Shown here one piece after another: positions 10,660 through 19,516 of a DNA stretch of 64,000 bases. Made by a program: the position numbers and the translations under genes. The first letter of the stretch is position 1. Each line of letters opens with the position of its first letter. Source of the stretch: Terriglobales bacterium (GTDB taxonomy: Bacteria > Acidobacteriota > Terriglobia > Terriglobales > Acidobacteriaceae); assembly GCA_036271375.1 (NCBI GenBank), contig DATBAT010000258.1, positions 14,813 to 78,812 of the forward strand, read 5' to 3'. Under the pieces are notes generated by a model, which was not told the DNA's origin, searched no databases, and saw only the letters and a list, made by a program, of their open reading frames with translations.

Positions 10660-11634
10660 CTAGCGCAATTTTGGAAAGCTCTTGACCAGGTCGCTGACCT
10701 TGACGGGTTCGGAGCCCTTGTATTGCGCGACGGAAGAGATGTCGTTCACCGTGGTCACGACCGCTTCGCCTAGGAGCGTGTCGTCCCGCATCAATATTTT
10801 ATTGTTGGCGGGGTCCCGAATTTCCCGTCCCGCGCGCCACACCTGCAAGTGATCACCCAACCTCAACCCGTCATGGGCCCCGACGTTCAGGATCAGCTGG
10901 CCTGTTCCACTGGCGTCGGCCACCAAACCGTCGATCACAGGCGCATGTAAGGGCAGTTTGGGGAACGCCTCCTTGAGCTGGGACGAGAGCTGTGCGATGG
11001 CGCTGTCCATGCAATCGTGTATCAGCGGGTTGTTCGCGGTCGCCCCGGTCATGATGGCGATCTGGCTCATATCACGGACATCGATTTTTACGCCCTTGCG
11101 GACAAGTTCGCCTGTGCCCTGAGACACCGCCAATACCTCCGCTGTGTCCGGGCTGACCAGGCGGGTGCTGATCTGGACTTTGGCGGTGATGTCATGCTTG
11201 GTCTTCATCACATTGCCGCCGAAACCTACGAAGCGCCCACCGGTCCCCCCTCCGGTGGTCTTGTCGAAATAATCGTAGTGGGTGATCGTCCCCAGGATGA
11301 TGGCATCCACTCCAAGAATTCTGCCCAGCTTTGCGGCCGTGAGGGGATCGGTGCGGTCGGTGTTAGTGAAATTTTGCTCCGCCAGAAGTTTGTCGATAGC
11401 ATTGCGCTCGATCACGCTAACCTTGCCTTCCTGGACAAGCTTTGTGATCAGGAGATCGGCGGCTACTTTCCCGATGTTGGGAGCGCTGTTATCTGCGAAA
11501 GGAGAAGGGCGGGCGCTGCCTTGCACGGCTGCATTGTCGAAGTCGAAGACGGCGACGCGCTTCCTTGGAGGTTCCTGCGCCCAAACCGAGACCGCCCCCA
11601 GGGCCAGTGCCAATACCCACCCGACTGTGCGCAT
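10660..11634 (-). CDS. CsgG/HfaB-like periplasmic/outer-membrane lipoprotein family protein
   Basis: Signal peptide, then 'RVAVFDFDNAAV...KVAADLLITKLVQEGKVSVIERNAIDKLLAEQNF...LGRILGVDAIILGTITHYD', typical of the CsgG family. Confidence 0.6.
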   Translation of the reverse strand: MRTVGWVLALALGAVSVWAQEPPRKRVAVFDFDNAAVQGSARPSPFADNSAPNIGKVAADLLITKLVQEGKVSVIERNAIDKLLAEQNFTNTDRTDPLTAAKLGRILGVDAIILGTITHYDYFDKTTGGGTGGRFVGFGGNVMKTKHDITAKVQISTRLVSPDTAEVLAVSQGTGELVRKGVKIDVRDMSQIAIMTGATANNPLIHDCMDSAIAQLSSQLKEAFPKLPLHAPVIDGLVADASGTGQLILNVGAHDGLRLGDHLQVWRAGREIRDPANNKILMRDDTLLGEAVVTTVNDISSVAQYKGSEPVKVSDLVKSFPKLR

Positions 11635-11754
11635 CTTCCAACCTCTAGGCCGTTATGAATCGTTTTCGCTTCCGACTCCAAGAATCTATAGACCGGACCC
11701 ATCACCGTCAAGCAAGCTCGCGTTGAACGATCCTGATGTCACGTCGGTTGACGT

Positions 11755-12630
11755 CTATCCGTTTTCCAGCATCTTGATGGCTTCCACCAAACTCTTGCGC
11801 ATTCTGTTGAAGGAGTTGGCGAGCCCCGCGATTTCGTCTTTGCCTGATACCTGGAATTCGGGCGCGGTCATATTTCCCAAGCTGACTTCGTTGGCAATCC
11901 CGGAAACATGCGTCACTGGCCGAATCACCAGGAGCGCAAGCATTCCGTTTAGCGCCACAAAAATAAGCAGGAAGACTCCGGCGAGTGAGGCCATGAAGCC
12001 GCGGAAGGCGGTACGGGCGCGCTCGATCGGCAACTGCATGGGAGCGGAAATAATCTGCGCGGTGAGAATGTCGCCTACCTTCCATCCAAAGCCATTATCG
12101 CTACCGTATTTTTCAATCAGTGTTCGGGGCGCATTCTCAGCGGTATCGTGACAGTCGAGGCATTTGGGGTCTTTGATCTTCAGTGGGCGGGCAATGTAGA
12201 GCACTCTGCCGTTGGGAGTATCGCGCTCATTGATCAGTTCAGTTTTGTCTGGCGATTGCCTGAAGTAGCGGACGATGTCAGCCTCCCAATCGGTCGCGCG
12301 ATTGACCGGATTGGTCGGGTTCAGGGTCGCTTCCTTGTAGTAATAATCTGGAAATTTCTTGCGCAGCTGACCGAAGTATTCGTTGGCGGAATATGCCGGG
12401 ACCGATTGTGGCAAGAAGGCGTACTTCATCTGGGTCTTCAACAGCGGATTGATTTGCGTGCTGGTATAGCTGCGCACCGCCAGCGCCGCCTCCATCATGA
12501 TGCGCGCATTCTCGAGAATTTCCTGTTCGGCGTTCCGCTGAAGCAACCGATTCGAAATGTATCCCACCGCTCCGAAGCCGATGACAAAAATCAGGAGTAG
12601 AACGAGGTTGAACTTCACCATTAGTTTCAT
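11755..12630 (-). CDS. Membrane-anchored DUF3365 (c-type haem, CxxCH) sensor domain protein with C-terminal HAMP and no output domain
   Basis: Start set to ATG 12630 (MKLMVKFNLVLLLIFVIGFG...), which lies 5 nt after the upstream stop. DUF3365-like body with 'PKCLDCHDTAENAP'. Second TM plus HAMP ('IRPVTHVSGIANEVSLGNM...DEIAGLANSFNRMRKSL'), then a stop. Confidence 0.7.
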   Translation of the reverse strand: MKLMVKFNLVLLLIFVIGFGAVGYISNRLLQRNAEQEILENARIMMEAALAVRSYTSTQINPLLKTQMKYAFLPQSVPAYSANEYFGQLRKKFPDYYYKEATLNPTNPVNRATDWEADIVRYFRQSPDKTELINERDTPNGRVLYIARPLKIKDPKCLDCHDTAENAPRTLIEKYGSDNGFGWKVGDILTAQIISAPMQLPIERARTAFRGFMASLAGVFLLIFVALNGMLALLVIRPVTHVSGIANEVSLGNMTAPEFQVSGKDEIAGLANSFNRMRKSLVEAIKMLENG

Positions 12631-12635
12631 GTGTT

Positions 12636-13499
12636 TTATCTCCCGCGGGGTGCAGTGGATTCGGCCGTGTCTGGTTTGTACTTCTCTGGATGAAGAATCG
12701 GGTCCCACTCTGGATGACTGCTCATGTGGGCATCGATCGCCCGGCGAAATTCTGGATCGTTGAGTCTGGAGCGAAATCGCTCGACGAAGCCGCGACGCCA
12801 CGCGACACCAATTTTCAGCCAAGGCTCGACGTCCGCATAGTTCACTTCGCGATCGACTTTGGGCTCGACCGCCTTGGCGGCGAAGCGCGCCAGACGCGAG
12901 GGTAGAGTGTCGCGGAACGGGACAGGCATCGCCTCTAGGAACGCCGCATCGGGACGAGCCGCCGGGACGACGTTCTTTCCCGCCCGCCGGGCGAAGAACT
13001 GCCCCTGCTTGGCGGGGAGCGGCGACGTTTTTCCACCCGCGGAATTTACCTGGCTTACCGTCCCTGCGCCGGATTCGAAGTAGGCCTCCGAGCTTTCCGG
13101 CGTGGAATGCAGAAGGACCGTTCCTCCCTTGCTGGCAGCGGCCAGTCGAGGACTGGCGTACAAGCAGGGGGCCGTACAGGCGCTGGCTTCACCTTTCAGC
13201 CATCCCGTGAGGATTACCAGTTCGCCTTCCTGCGAGCCGCGTCCCAGGATCAGCAGGCGCGTGCTGCTGCCGAGGGCGATGATCTTTCCATCGTTCAATT
13301 CAAGTTGAGCGAAGCCTTTGTCGGCAGTTTCGAGTATGTCGCCCGTTCGGAGGCGCATGCCCTCGGGAGCTTGCAAGATCGTTGTGCCGCGGATAAGGCG
13401 CACAGGCGCATCTTTTAGCGTCAGAGTACCGATGGCTTGCGCTGCCGCGAGGAGTGGCAGTAACGGCAGCAGTCCAACGAAAATGCGTGCTAGCTTCAT
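12636..13499 (-). CDS. Secreted FecR-domain protein
   Basis: Start taken at ATG 13499 (MKLARIFVGLLPLLPLLAAAQA signal); the ORF track start is 13541. 'LKDAPVRLIRGTTILQAPEGMRLRTGDILETADKGFAQLELNDGKIIALGSSTRLLIL' matches the FecR-domain pattern. Confidence 0.65.
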   Translation of the reverse strand: MKLARIFVGLLPLLPLLAAAQAIGTLTLKDAPVRLIRGTTILQAPEGMRLRTGDILETADKGFAQLELNDGKIIALGSSTRLLILGRGSQEGELVILTGWLKGEASACTAPCLYASPRLAAASKGGTVLLHSTPESSEAYFESGAGTVSQVNSAGGKTSPLPAKQGQFFARRAGKNVVPAARPDAAFLEAMPVPFRDTLPSRLARFAAKAVEPKVDREVNYADVEPWLKIGVAWRRGFVERFRSRLNDPEFRRAIDAHMSSHPEWDPILHPEKYKPDTAESTAPRGR

Positions 13500-13951
13500 G
13501 AAATTTTTGATTGCGCGGGACCTCAGCGGAGGAAAAGGCAAAGTCCGGCGAATTCAGTGTGGCCGATACTATTAATGTGAAGTGCCAGTGTCAAGTGTAT
13601 GTACGCCGGAGAACCTTGCCTCTAGCCAGCGAAGAAGAACTGCAGAAAATTGCGCTTCAGAATTGACCTGAAAATTCACGAAACTATTCCTTGCCTTGGG
13701 GCTTCGGTCTTGGTGTACACTGCCGTTGCCGAACAGGGTCCGGCACTGTTTTACGTTCAGTTTTTCTTCCCGGCTTGGGAAAAATCAGCGGTCAATCAAC
13801 TGCGTGGTTCAGTGGTAAATCCGTGGCCCGGATTTCGCCCGCGACTTCGATTTCTGCGAGTCGTGGCGTCAGGTATCGCCTTGGGGGAGGCGATAGCAGT
13901 AAATGCTGTCCTCTAGCTCCGTGATCTTAGTTCCAGCCAGGAGCCGTACCG

Positions 13952-14716
13952 ATGTCCCGGCCCAACACTGCAAGCGCGAATTTTGAGGACAGTGAACAGA
14001 CGCCTGCCCGGGCGGAAGTAGCCAGGCTCATCGAGTCACATCTCTCATACTCCCACGCAATCGCCTCGGAAGTAATTCGCAGGCTGCCGCCCGATCTCGA
14101 GAAAAAAGACATGGAAGGGTGGGCTGAGCTTGGCTTGGTCGAGGCTGCCAACGCTTTTGACCGTACGCGAGGCGTGCAATTCAAGACCTTCTCCTACTAC
14201 CGCATTAAAGGCGCGGTCTACGACGGACTGCGCAAGACGGGCTGGTATCCCAGGGGCCAGTATCAGCAGATGCGTTTCGAAATGGCCGCCAACGAATACA
14301 TGAAGGACGCGGCCGGGGAATCGGCGCCACCTTCCTCTGCGGATGCCCAGTTACGAGACTTAAAAGACCTGACCGGAAGCGTTGTCACCTGTTACATGCT
14401 TTCGTTGGACGCGTTACCGCAAGAGCCGGTCGACGAGGGGCAAACCTCCGCGGAAGAAACCGCAGTCCGCAATCAGGAGAAAAAGCACATTCGGTTCTCT
14501 CTCGCGCAACTGCCGGAGATGAACCGCAAAATCCTGGAGCATTGCTACTTCGAAGGCTTGACCCTGGAGGAAGCGGGCCGAAAGCTCGGCTACTCCAAGT
14601 CCTGGATGTGCCGGCTCCATGCGAAGTCTCTCGAAATGCTGCGCAAACAGTTAAACCAAATCTGGGGTAGTCCGGCTTCACCTTCGCCAGCAACCATTTC
14701 TGGAATTCTCCGATAA
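13952..14716 (+). CDS. FliA/WhiG-like (group 3, sigma-28-type) RNA polymerase sigma factor
   Basis: Region 2 'VQFKTFSYYRIKGAVYDGLRKTGW' parallels FliA 'F.TYA..RIRGAMLDELR..DW'. Region 4 HTH 'LPEMNRKILEHCYFEGLTLEEAGRKLGYSKSWMCRLHAKSLEMLRKQL'. It sits directly upstream of the T3SS genes. Confidence 0.8.
   Translation: MSRPNTASANFEDSEQTPARAEVARLIESHLSYSHAIASEVIRRLPPDLEKKDMEGWAELGLVEAANAFDRTRGVQFKTFSYYRIKGAVYDGLRKTGWYPRGQYQQMRFEMAANEYMKDAAGESAPPSSADAQLRDLKDLTGSVVTCYMLSLDALPQEPVDEGQTSAEETAVRNQEKKHIRFSLAQLPEMNRKILEHCYFEGLTLEEAGRKLGYSKSWMCRLHAKSLEMLRKQLNQIWGSPASPSPATISGILR
14689..14716 (+). promoter_or_regulatory. Candidate sigma-28-type promoter P(sctI): AGCAAC-N16-CGATAA
   Basis: AGCAAC at 14689-14694 and CGATAA at 14711-14716 (context TCCGATAATTTG, identical to the site at 29917-29928). 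It lies in the last codons of the sigma gene, just upstream of the sctI-like gene. Confidence 0.5.
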
Positions 14717-14717
14717 T

Positions 14718-15263
14718 TTGGATGTCATGGTAGACCCAACAATTAATAGCGTCCGTGGCAAGGGAATTTCACCCGTAGGCGAACAGGACCAGACCAGCCC
14801 GGCAAAAACCCAGGAATCGAAGTTCGATAAAGTCCGCTCGCGACTGCAGGATGAGCAGGCGGCAAAAGTCGACATTCCGCCGGAAGCCAAGCAAGTTTCC
14901 CTCCAGCAGAAAAAAGTCCTCGAGACCCAACTTTCGAAGCGTCTGGAAACCACCAAGCCAAACCAGGTTTTTGGACCCGACATGAAACGAGCAAAAGAGG
15001 GCATCACCCAGTTGTCTACTCGCGTGAATGCCCTGCCCAAGACGCCTGCGTTTGAACCCTTTCGTGACCGGCTGACGAGTATCGACAACCAATTTCAGCA
15101 GACGGGCAAGCTGGTGAATTCGATCAAGGGCACCGAGAGTCCGCAAGAGTTGATGGGCATTCAGAACAAGCTGTACCAGATGTCGGAGAACCTTGAATTA
15201 ATGAGCAAGGCGATAGAACAACTGACTTCTGGAGTGAAGTCCATTCTGCAAACTCAGGTTTAG
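14718..15263 (+). CDS. sctI: T3SS inner-rod-like protein (SctI/YscI/PrgJ-like C-terminus) with long N-terminal extension
   Basis: The C-terminal 'PQELMGIQNKLYQMSENLELMSKAIEQLTSGVKSILQTQV' resembles the SctI-family terminal helix ending in 'Q'. Located immediately before sctJ. TTG start at 14718; alternative ATG at 14727. Confidence 0.55.
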   Translation: MDVMVDPTINSVRGKGISPVGEQDQTSPAKTQESKFDKVRSRLQDEQAAKVDIPPEAKQVSLQQKKVLETQLSKRLETTKPNQVFGPDMKRAKEGITQLSTRVNALPKTPAFEPFRDRLTSIDNQFQQTGKLVNSIKGTESPQELMGIQNKLYQMSENLELMSKAIEQLTSGVKSILQTQV

Positions 15264-15290
15264 GCATACCGTTTAAGAATCGAGGATCGA

Positions 15291-16118
15291 TTGAGCTGGC
15301 AACACTTTTCGAAGCTGCTGATTGTGGCGGGCGCATTCCTGTTTTTGACCGCCTGTATGACGCATGAGTTGCAGACGGAACTTAGCGAACGCGACGCGCA
15401 GGAAATTGTCGTGTTGCTAAACGAAAACGGCATCGACGCCTCTGCCAGCAAAGCTACAGGCGAAAAAAAGGGCGAAGAGAAATGGACGGTGGCGATCCGA
15501 GGCGGCGACCAAAACCTGGCGCGCGCCTGGCGGGTGCTGCAAGAAAATGGCCTTCCGCGGCAGAAGGACAAGGGATTGGATGATGTGTTCGCGAGTTCGG
15601 GCATGATTCCGACGGCGGGGGAAGAAAAGGCGCGTCTGCTGATGGGCATCTCGGGAGAGATCAGCCGGACGTTGAAATCGGTTTCGGACGTGGTCGACGC
15701 CCATGTGTTGGTGGTGATGCCGGAATCGAATCCGTTGCTGGACAAGAGCGAGCGCATGCCGCCTACCGCCTCGGTTTTGATTAAGTACCGCGGGGCTAGC
15801 TTGCCTCTGGTAGAGGAAGACGTAAAAAAGCTGGTGGCGCGGGCGGTCGAAGGCTTGCAGCCGGAAAATGTCGTAGTGGTTTATAAGAAAATCGAGCCGA
15901 AGCAGACCATGGATCGCAGCTTGATTCCCATGTTGGGGAACCAGGAATTCCTGCTGGCTGCCTTAGTTTTGCTGGCGATCTCCAGTCTCGGCTGTTTGGC
16001 CTTGGCGGGAAAGGCCCGCTTCCAGCGCTCGAAAATCGAAAGCCTGGAGGATCAGCTTCAGGCGGCGACGCGCAAGCCGCAGCTTGAAACTCCGGTCAAG
16101 ATGGCGAGGACCAGTTGA
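15291..16118 (+). CDS. sctJ: T3SS inner-membrane ring lipoprotein SctJ (YscJ/EscJ/HrcJ family)
   Basis: Lipobox 'FLFLTAC' followed by 'LQTELSERDAQEIVVLLNENGIDASASK' (hallmark YscJ N-terminus). 'VVDAHVLVVMPE...ASVLIKY' and a C-terminal TM (FLLAALVLLAISSLGCLALAG). TTG start with GAGGA 5 nt upstream. Confidence 0.9.
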   Translation: MSWQHFSKLLIVAGAFLFLTACMTHELQTELSERDAQEIVVLLNENGIDASASKATGEKKGEEKWTVAIRGGDQNLARAWRVLQENGLPRQKDKGLDDVFASSGMIPTAGEEKARLLMGISGEISRTLKSVSDVVDAHVLVVMPESNPLLDKSERMPPTASVLIKYRGASLPLVEEDVKKLVARAVEGLQPENVVVVYKKIEPKQTMDRSLIPMLGNQEFLLAALVLLAISSLGCLALAGKARFQRSKIESLEDQLQAATRKPQLETPVKMARTS

Positions 16119-16402
16119 ACCTGGAAGTATTTTGCTATCTTGGGCTGCTAAAGTTTCCTGAAAAGTTGCAGCCCATGATGGCTCTTTTGGACGGTCCGCT
16201 GAAGACGCAGGCAACAGCTCTTTTGCAGGAACTGAAAGATGTGCCCAGACCTGAACTGCAGCGGCGATGGGCCAGGTTGCGCGATGAAGAGTACATCGCG
16301 ACGCGTGGGCAAATCGAACAGCAGATCAAAGTTAGACTCGACGATATGCCGCCGTCGATAAGAGTCTGGTGTACGTCCTGGTTAGCAGACCAACATGAGT
16401 GA
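16115..16402 (+). CDS. Small hypothetical protein in the sctK position
   Basis: 95-codon ORF overlapping both neighbours (sctJ stop, sctL start). No family recognised. Its position between sctJ and sctL is where sctK sits in Ysc-type loci. Confidence 0.4.
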   Translation: MNLEVFCYLGLLKFPEKLQPMMALLDGPLKTQATALLQELKDVPRPELQRRWARLRDEEYIATRGQIEQQIKVRLDDMPPSIRVWCTSWLADQHE

Positions 16403-17027
16403 AAAAATCCTCAAAGCCGATGGCCTTCCGGAAAGGATGGCTTTTTCGTCTCCCAAGATTTTGAAGCGGGAGGCTTACGAAGCCACGCAGGACGCCAAGG
16501 ACGTAGTCACCCAGGCACAGGAAAAGGCAAAGGATCTGCTCGAAAGCGCCGAGCGTCAACGGGACGCGATTCTGGAGACTTCCCGGCAGGAAGGTCGCGC
16601 GCAAGGTCTCGCCGAGTGGAACAACATTCTGGCGCAGGCTGCCCGACGTTCGGAAGAGCTAACAAAGAATTGGGAAGAAACCATGCTTCAACTCTCGGTG
16701 CGCGTTGCAGAGAAAATTATCGGAGAGCAACTCAAGCTGCACCCGGACACGATCGTTGCCATTGTCAGGGAGGCTCTCACCACAACCCGGGCAGGTCGAA
16801 GGCTGGTGATCCAGGTAAACGATCGCGAGGCTGACATCGTGCGGTCGCAAGTCGATCGCCTCAAAGGCGCATTGGGCCCCAGCAGCGAGATTGAGGTCGT
16901 GTCATCCACCACCGTGCCCACCGGCGGATGCGTAATCGAAAGCGAACTGGGCATCATCGACGCGCGTCTTGAAACGCAACTGAAGTGCCTCGAAGACGTC
17001 CTGCTGCGCCGCACTTCTTCCAACTAA
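16395..17027 (+). CDS. sctL: T3SS stator protein SctL (YscL/HrpE/FliH family)
   Basis: Charged coiled-coil N-half. The C-half 'VAEKIIGEQLKLHPDTIVAIVREAL...RRLVIQVNDREADIV...GGCVIESELGIIDARLETQLKCLEDVL' is typical of FliH/SctL. Confidence 0.85.
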   Translation: MSEKILKADGLPERMAFSSPKILKREAYEATQDAKDVVTQAQEKAKDLLESAERQRDAILETSRQEGRAQGLAEWNNILAQAARRSEELTKNWEETMLQLSVRVAEKIIGEQLKLHPDTIVAIVREALTTTRAGRRLVIQVNDREADIVRSQVDRLKGALGPSSEIEVVSSTTVPTGGCVIESELGIIDARLETQLKCLEDVLLRRTSSN

Positions 17028-17028
17028 C

Positions 17029-18366
17029 ATGCCGAACAAGGTCACCGATATTCGCGGCTACCTCGACCGGATTGAACAGGCTTCTCCGGTGCAGGTTCGC
17101 GGGCGGGTCAAGGAAGTTGTGGGTCTCGTGGTGAAAGCTGTAGTCCCCGAAGCATGGATCGGCCAGTTGTGCCTGATCAAGAATCCACGATCCTCTGTTC
17201 CGGTAAAAGCTGAGGTGGTCGGCTTCCGCGACGGCGATGTTCTGCTCATGCCTTTGGGAGAACTGGTGAACGTGGGTCCGCACAGCGAAGTCATCCCCAC
17301 GGGAAATTGTCTGACCGTCAAGGTTGGCGACAATTTGCTGGGCCGCGTGCTGAATGGATTAGGCGAGCCCATGGATGCAGACACCAAGGGACCTCTGAAC
17401 TGCTCCGAAGAGTTCCCGGTTCTTGGTTATCCTCCCGATCCCCTCAAGCGCCAGCGAGTTACCAGGCCCATTTCTCTGGGAGTTCGCGCCATCGACGCTG
17501 TTCTCACGGCGGGAGAGGGCCAGCGCATTGGATTGTTTGCGGCTGCCGGCGGTGGCAAAAGCACTCTGCTTGGAATGATCGCGCGAAACACCGAGGCTGA
17601 CGTCAATGTGATCACGCTGGTTGGCGAACGTGGCCGCGAAGTGCGCGATTTCATCGAGCAGGATCTCGGACCCGAAGGCGTCAAGCGCTCTGTGATTGTG
17701 TGCGCGACCTCGAACGAGTCGTCCCTGGTGCGCCTGAAAGCTGCCTATGTCGGCACCGCCATCGCCGAATATTTCCGCAACAAGGGCCTCAAAGTGATGT
17801 TGATGATGGATTCGGTCACTCGCTTTGCCCGAGCGCAGCGCGAGATCGGCCTGGCTTGCGGAGAGCCTCCAGCCCGCGCAGGATACACGCCTTCGGTATT
17901 CGCCGAACTGCCCAAACTCCTGGAGAGGTCGGGAAACTCCGACAAGGGTTCGATTACCGCCATTTACACCGTGCTGGTCGCGGGCGATGACATGAACGAA
18001 CCGGTGGCCGACGAAGTCCGATCGATTCTCGATGGTCACATCATCCTGTCGCGGGAGCTGGCCGCGCGCAATCATTATCCCGCGATCAACATTCTGGAAA
18101 GCGCCAGCCGTGTGATGAGCTCCGTCACTGACAAATCGCATCGGGTTTCCGCGGGGGATTTGCGCGACCGGATGGCCACCTATGCCAAGAATGAAGACCT
18201 AATTCTTCTGGGAGCTTACAAGGGCGGTACGGACAAGCGCGTCGACGACGCCATCGCGAAAATGCCTGAGATCAATGCATTCCTGAAGCAGGCGACGGAC
18301 GAAAAATCGGATTTTGCCGGGGCAGTCGACAACTTGAAAAAGATGTTTCCGGCGAATGTGTCATGA
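17029..18366 (+). CDS. sctN: T3SS ATPase SctN (YscN/HrcN/FliI family)
   Basis: Walker A 'GLFAAAGGGKSTLLGMI' and Walker B 'KVMLMMDSVTRFARAQREIGLA'. 'ITAIYTVLVAGDDMNEPVADEVRSILDGHIILSRELA' is conserved in the family. Confidence 0.95.
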   Translation: MPNKVTDIRGYLDRIEQASPVQVRGRVKEVVGLVVKAVVPEAWIGQLCLIKNPRSSVPVKAEVVGFRDGDVLLMPLGELVNVGPHSEVIPTGNCLTVKVGDNLLGRVLNGLGEPMDADTKGPLNCSEEFPVLGYPPDPLKRQRVTRPISLGVRAIDAVLTAGEGQRIGLFAAAGGGKSTLLGMIARNTEADVNVITLVGERGREVRDFIEQDLGPEGVKRSVIVCATSNESSLVRLKAAYVGTAIAEYFRNKGLKVMLMMDSVTRFARAQREIGLACGEPPARAGYTPSVFAELPKLLERSGNSDKGSITAIYTVLVAGDDMNEPVADEVRSILDGHIILSRELAARNHYPAINILESASRVMSSVTDKSHRVSAGDLRDRMATYAKNEDLILLGAYKGGTDKRVDDAIAKMPEINAFLKQATDEKSDFAGAVDNLKKMFPANVS

Positions 18367-18860
18367 CCCAGTTCTCCTACCGGCTGCGACCGTTGCTGGA
18401 GCAGAAGGAGCAGATCAGAAAAGATTGCGAAAACGACAAGCTGCGGCGCGACCGAGAGCTGGAGGCGCAAGAGGCCAGGCTGCTTGAACTACAGAAGCAG
18501 CAAAAAGATCTGGAAGAAAAGCGCGAAAAATTGCGCCGCGAGCTTTTCGCCACCACCCAACAGGGCCCGCCAACGGCGCACGATGTGGCCGACCGCCGAG
18601 CCTACGTAAAAGTCGTGGAACAACAGATTGAAGACGCGAAGAGCGACATTTTTGCGCAACGGCAAGTCATCGAAGATTGCAAGGCGCAGGTAGAAGAGGC
18701 AAAACGGCGAGTGGAAGAGGCCAGGCGGGAAGTTGAAGTTCTGGAAAAGCACCGGGCCAAACAGGAAGAGCGTTTCCGCCGAATGTTGCAAGCAAAAGAG
18801 GACCTGGAACTAGACGAAGTCGGTAACGTTCTGTACTCAACCAGAAGGTACCAGACATGA
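18363..18860 (+). CDS. sctO: T3SS stalk protein SctO (YscO/FliJ-like coiled coil)
   Basis: 165-aa E/K/R/Q-rich coiled-coil protein. It overlaps sctN by 4 nt and sctP by 4 nt, which is the canonical position after sctN. Confidence 0.65.
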   Translation: MTQFSYRLRPLLEQKEQIRKDCENDKLRRDRELEAQEARLLELQKQQKDLEEKREKLRRELFATTQQGPPTAHDVADRRAYVKVVEQQIEDAKSDIFAQRQVIEDCKAQVEEAKRRVEEARREVEVLEKHRAKQEERFRRMLQAKEDLELDEVGNVLYSTRRYQT

Positions 18861-19486
18861 AAATCACAGATTCGCAACCGCCTGTGTCCGACGCTAATTC
18901 TCCGGCTGACGATGCTGATTCGGCCAAGAAGTCCAAAGACGATAAGGCATCCCCGTTTTCCCAATTGCTGTCGAAGAAGAAGGGCAATAACAACGGTGAC
19001 GAGTCTCCCAGTAAAGGCGCTCCGTCGCGGGAAGCCGTGTTCGACCCCGCCGCTGCCGGCTTAATACCGGGTCAAATGCCGAAAACCGAGTTGCCAATCA
19101 AGACAGCGCAGGTTGAAGGCAAGCAGCCAGTGACGCTGCCGGTGGAGCTTCAACAACTGGTGCGCGAAATCACGGTCGGCGTAAACGCCGCGGGCCGGCA
19201 GGAAGTTCATATCGAGATGAACTCCAACGTGTTGAAGGGGCTGCACATTCAGGTGGAAAGAAAAGACGGAGCCATTGCGATCCAGTTTCAGAGTACTTCC
19301 GACCAGGTGACCAATATTTTGCAGAGAAACGTGGCCGCATTGTCGCAGGCGTTTACCGATAAAGGCATGAACGAGCCGGTGATTCGCGTCAACGGGCCGA
19401 GTGAAGCTGGCGAGTCCGGAGAATTCAAAAGTCAATCGCAATTCGGCGGCCGCGGCCAACGCGGCGGCCAACGCGGGGGTCGATAG
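18857..19486 (+). CDS. sctP: SctP/FliK-like length-control (T3S4 / Flg_hook-type C-domain) protein
   Basis: Disordered N-half. The C-domain 'QEVHIEMNSNVLKGLHIQVERKDGAIAIQFQSTSDQVTNILQRNVAALSQAFTDKGM' follows the FliK/YscP C-terminal pattern. GR-rich tail. Confidence 0.65.
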   Translation: MKITDSQPPVSDANSPADDADSAKKSKDDKASPFSQLLSKKKGNNNGDESPSKGAPSREAVFDPAAAGLIPGQMPKTELPIKTAQVEGKQPVTLPVELQQLVREITVGVNAAGRQEVHIEMNSNVLKGLHIQVERKDGAIAIQFQSTSDQVTNILQRNVAALSQAFTDKGMNEPVIRVNGPSEAGESGEFKSQSQFGGRGQRGGQRGGR

Positions 19487-19516
19487 CCGCACCCGGAATT
19501 TGCGGCGCGATCCCAT

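Noticed and set aside
13650-13924. Small plus-strand ORFs in the divergent region upstream of the sigma gene
   Set aside because: They are short, overlapping, odd in composition and lack an SD. The region is more plausibly regulatory.
16342-16368. Additional weak sigma-28-like boxes: AGACTC-N16-CGATAA before sctL, and TTCAAC-N16-CAATAC at 26545-26576 before sctV
   Set aside because: Only 3-4 of 6 matches occur in one or both hexamers. The sctV one would end 9 nt from the start codon. They are not counted with the four exact sites.
17359-18141. 260-aa minus-strand ORF
   Set aside because: It is antisense to sctN, which carries Walker A/B motifs. Shadow ORF.
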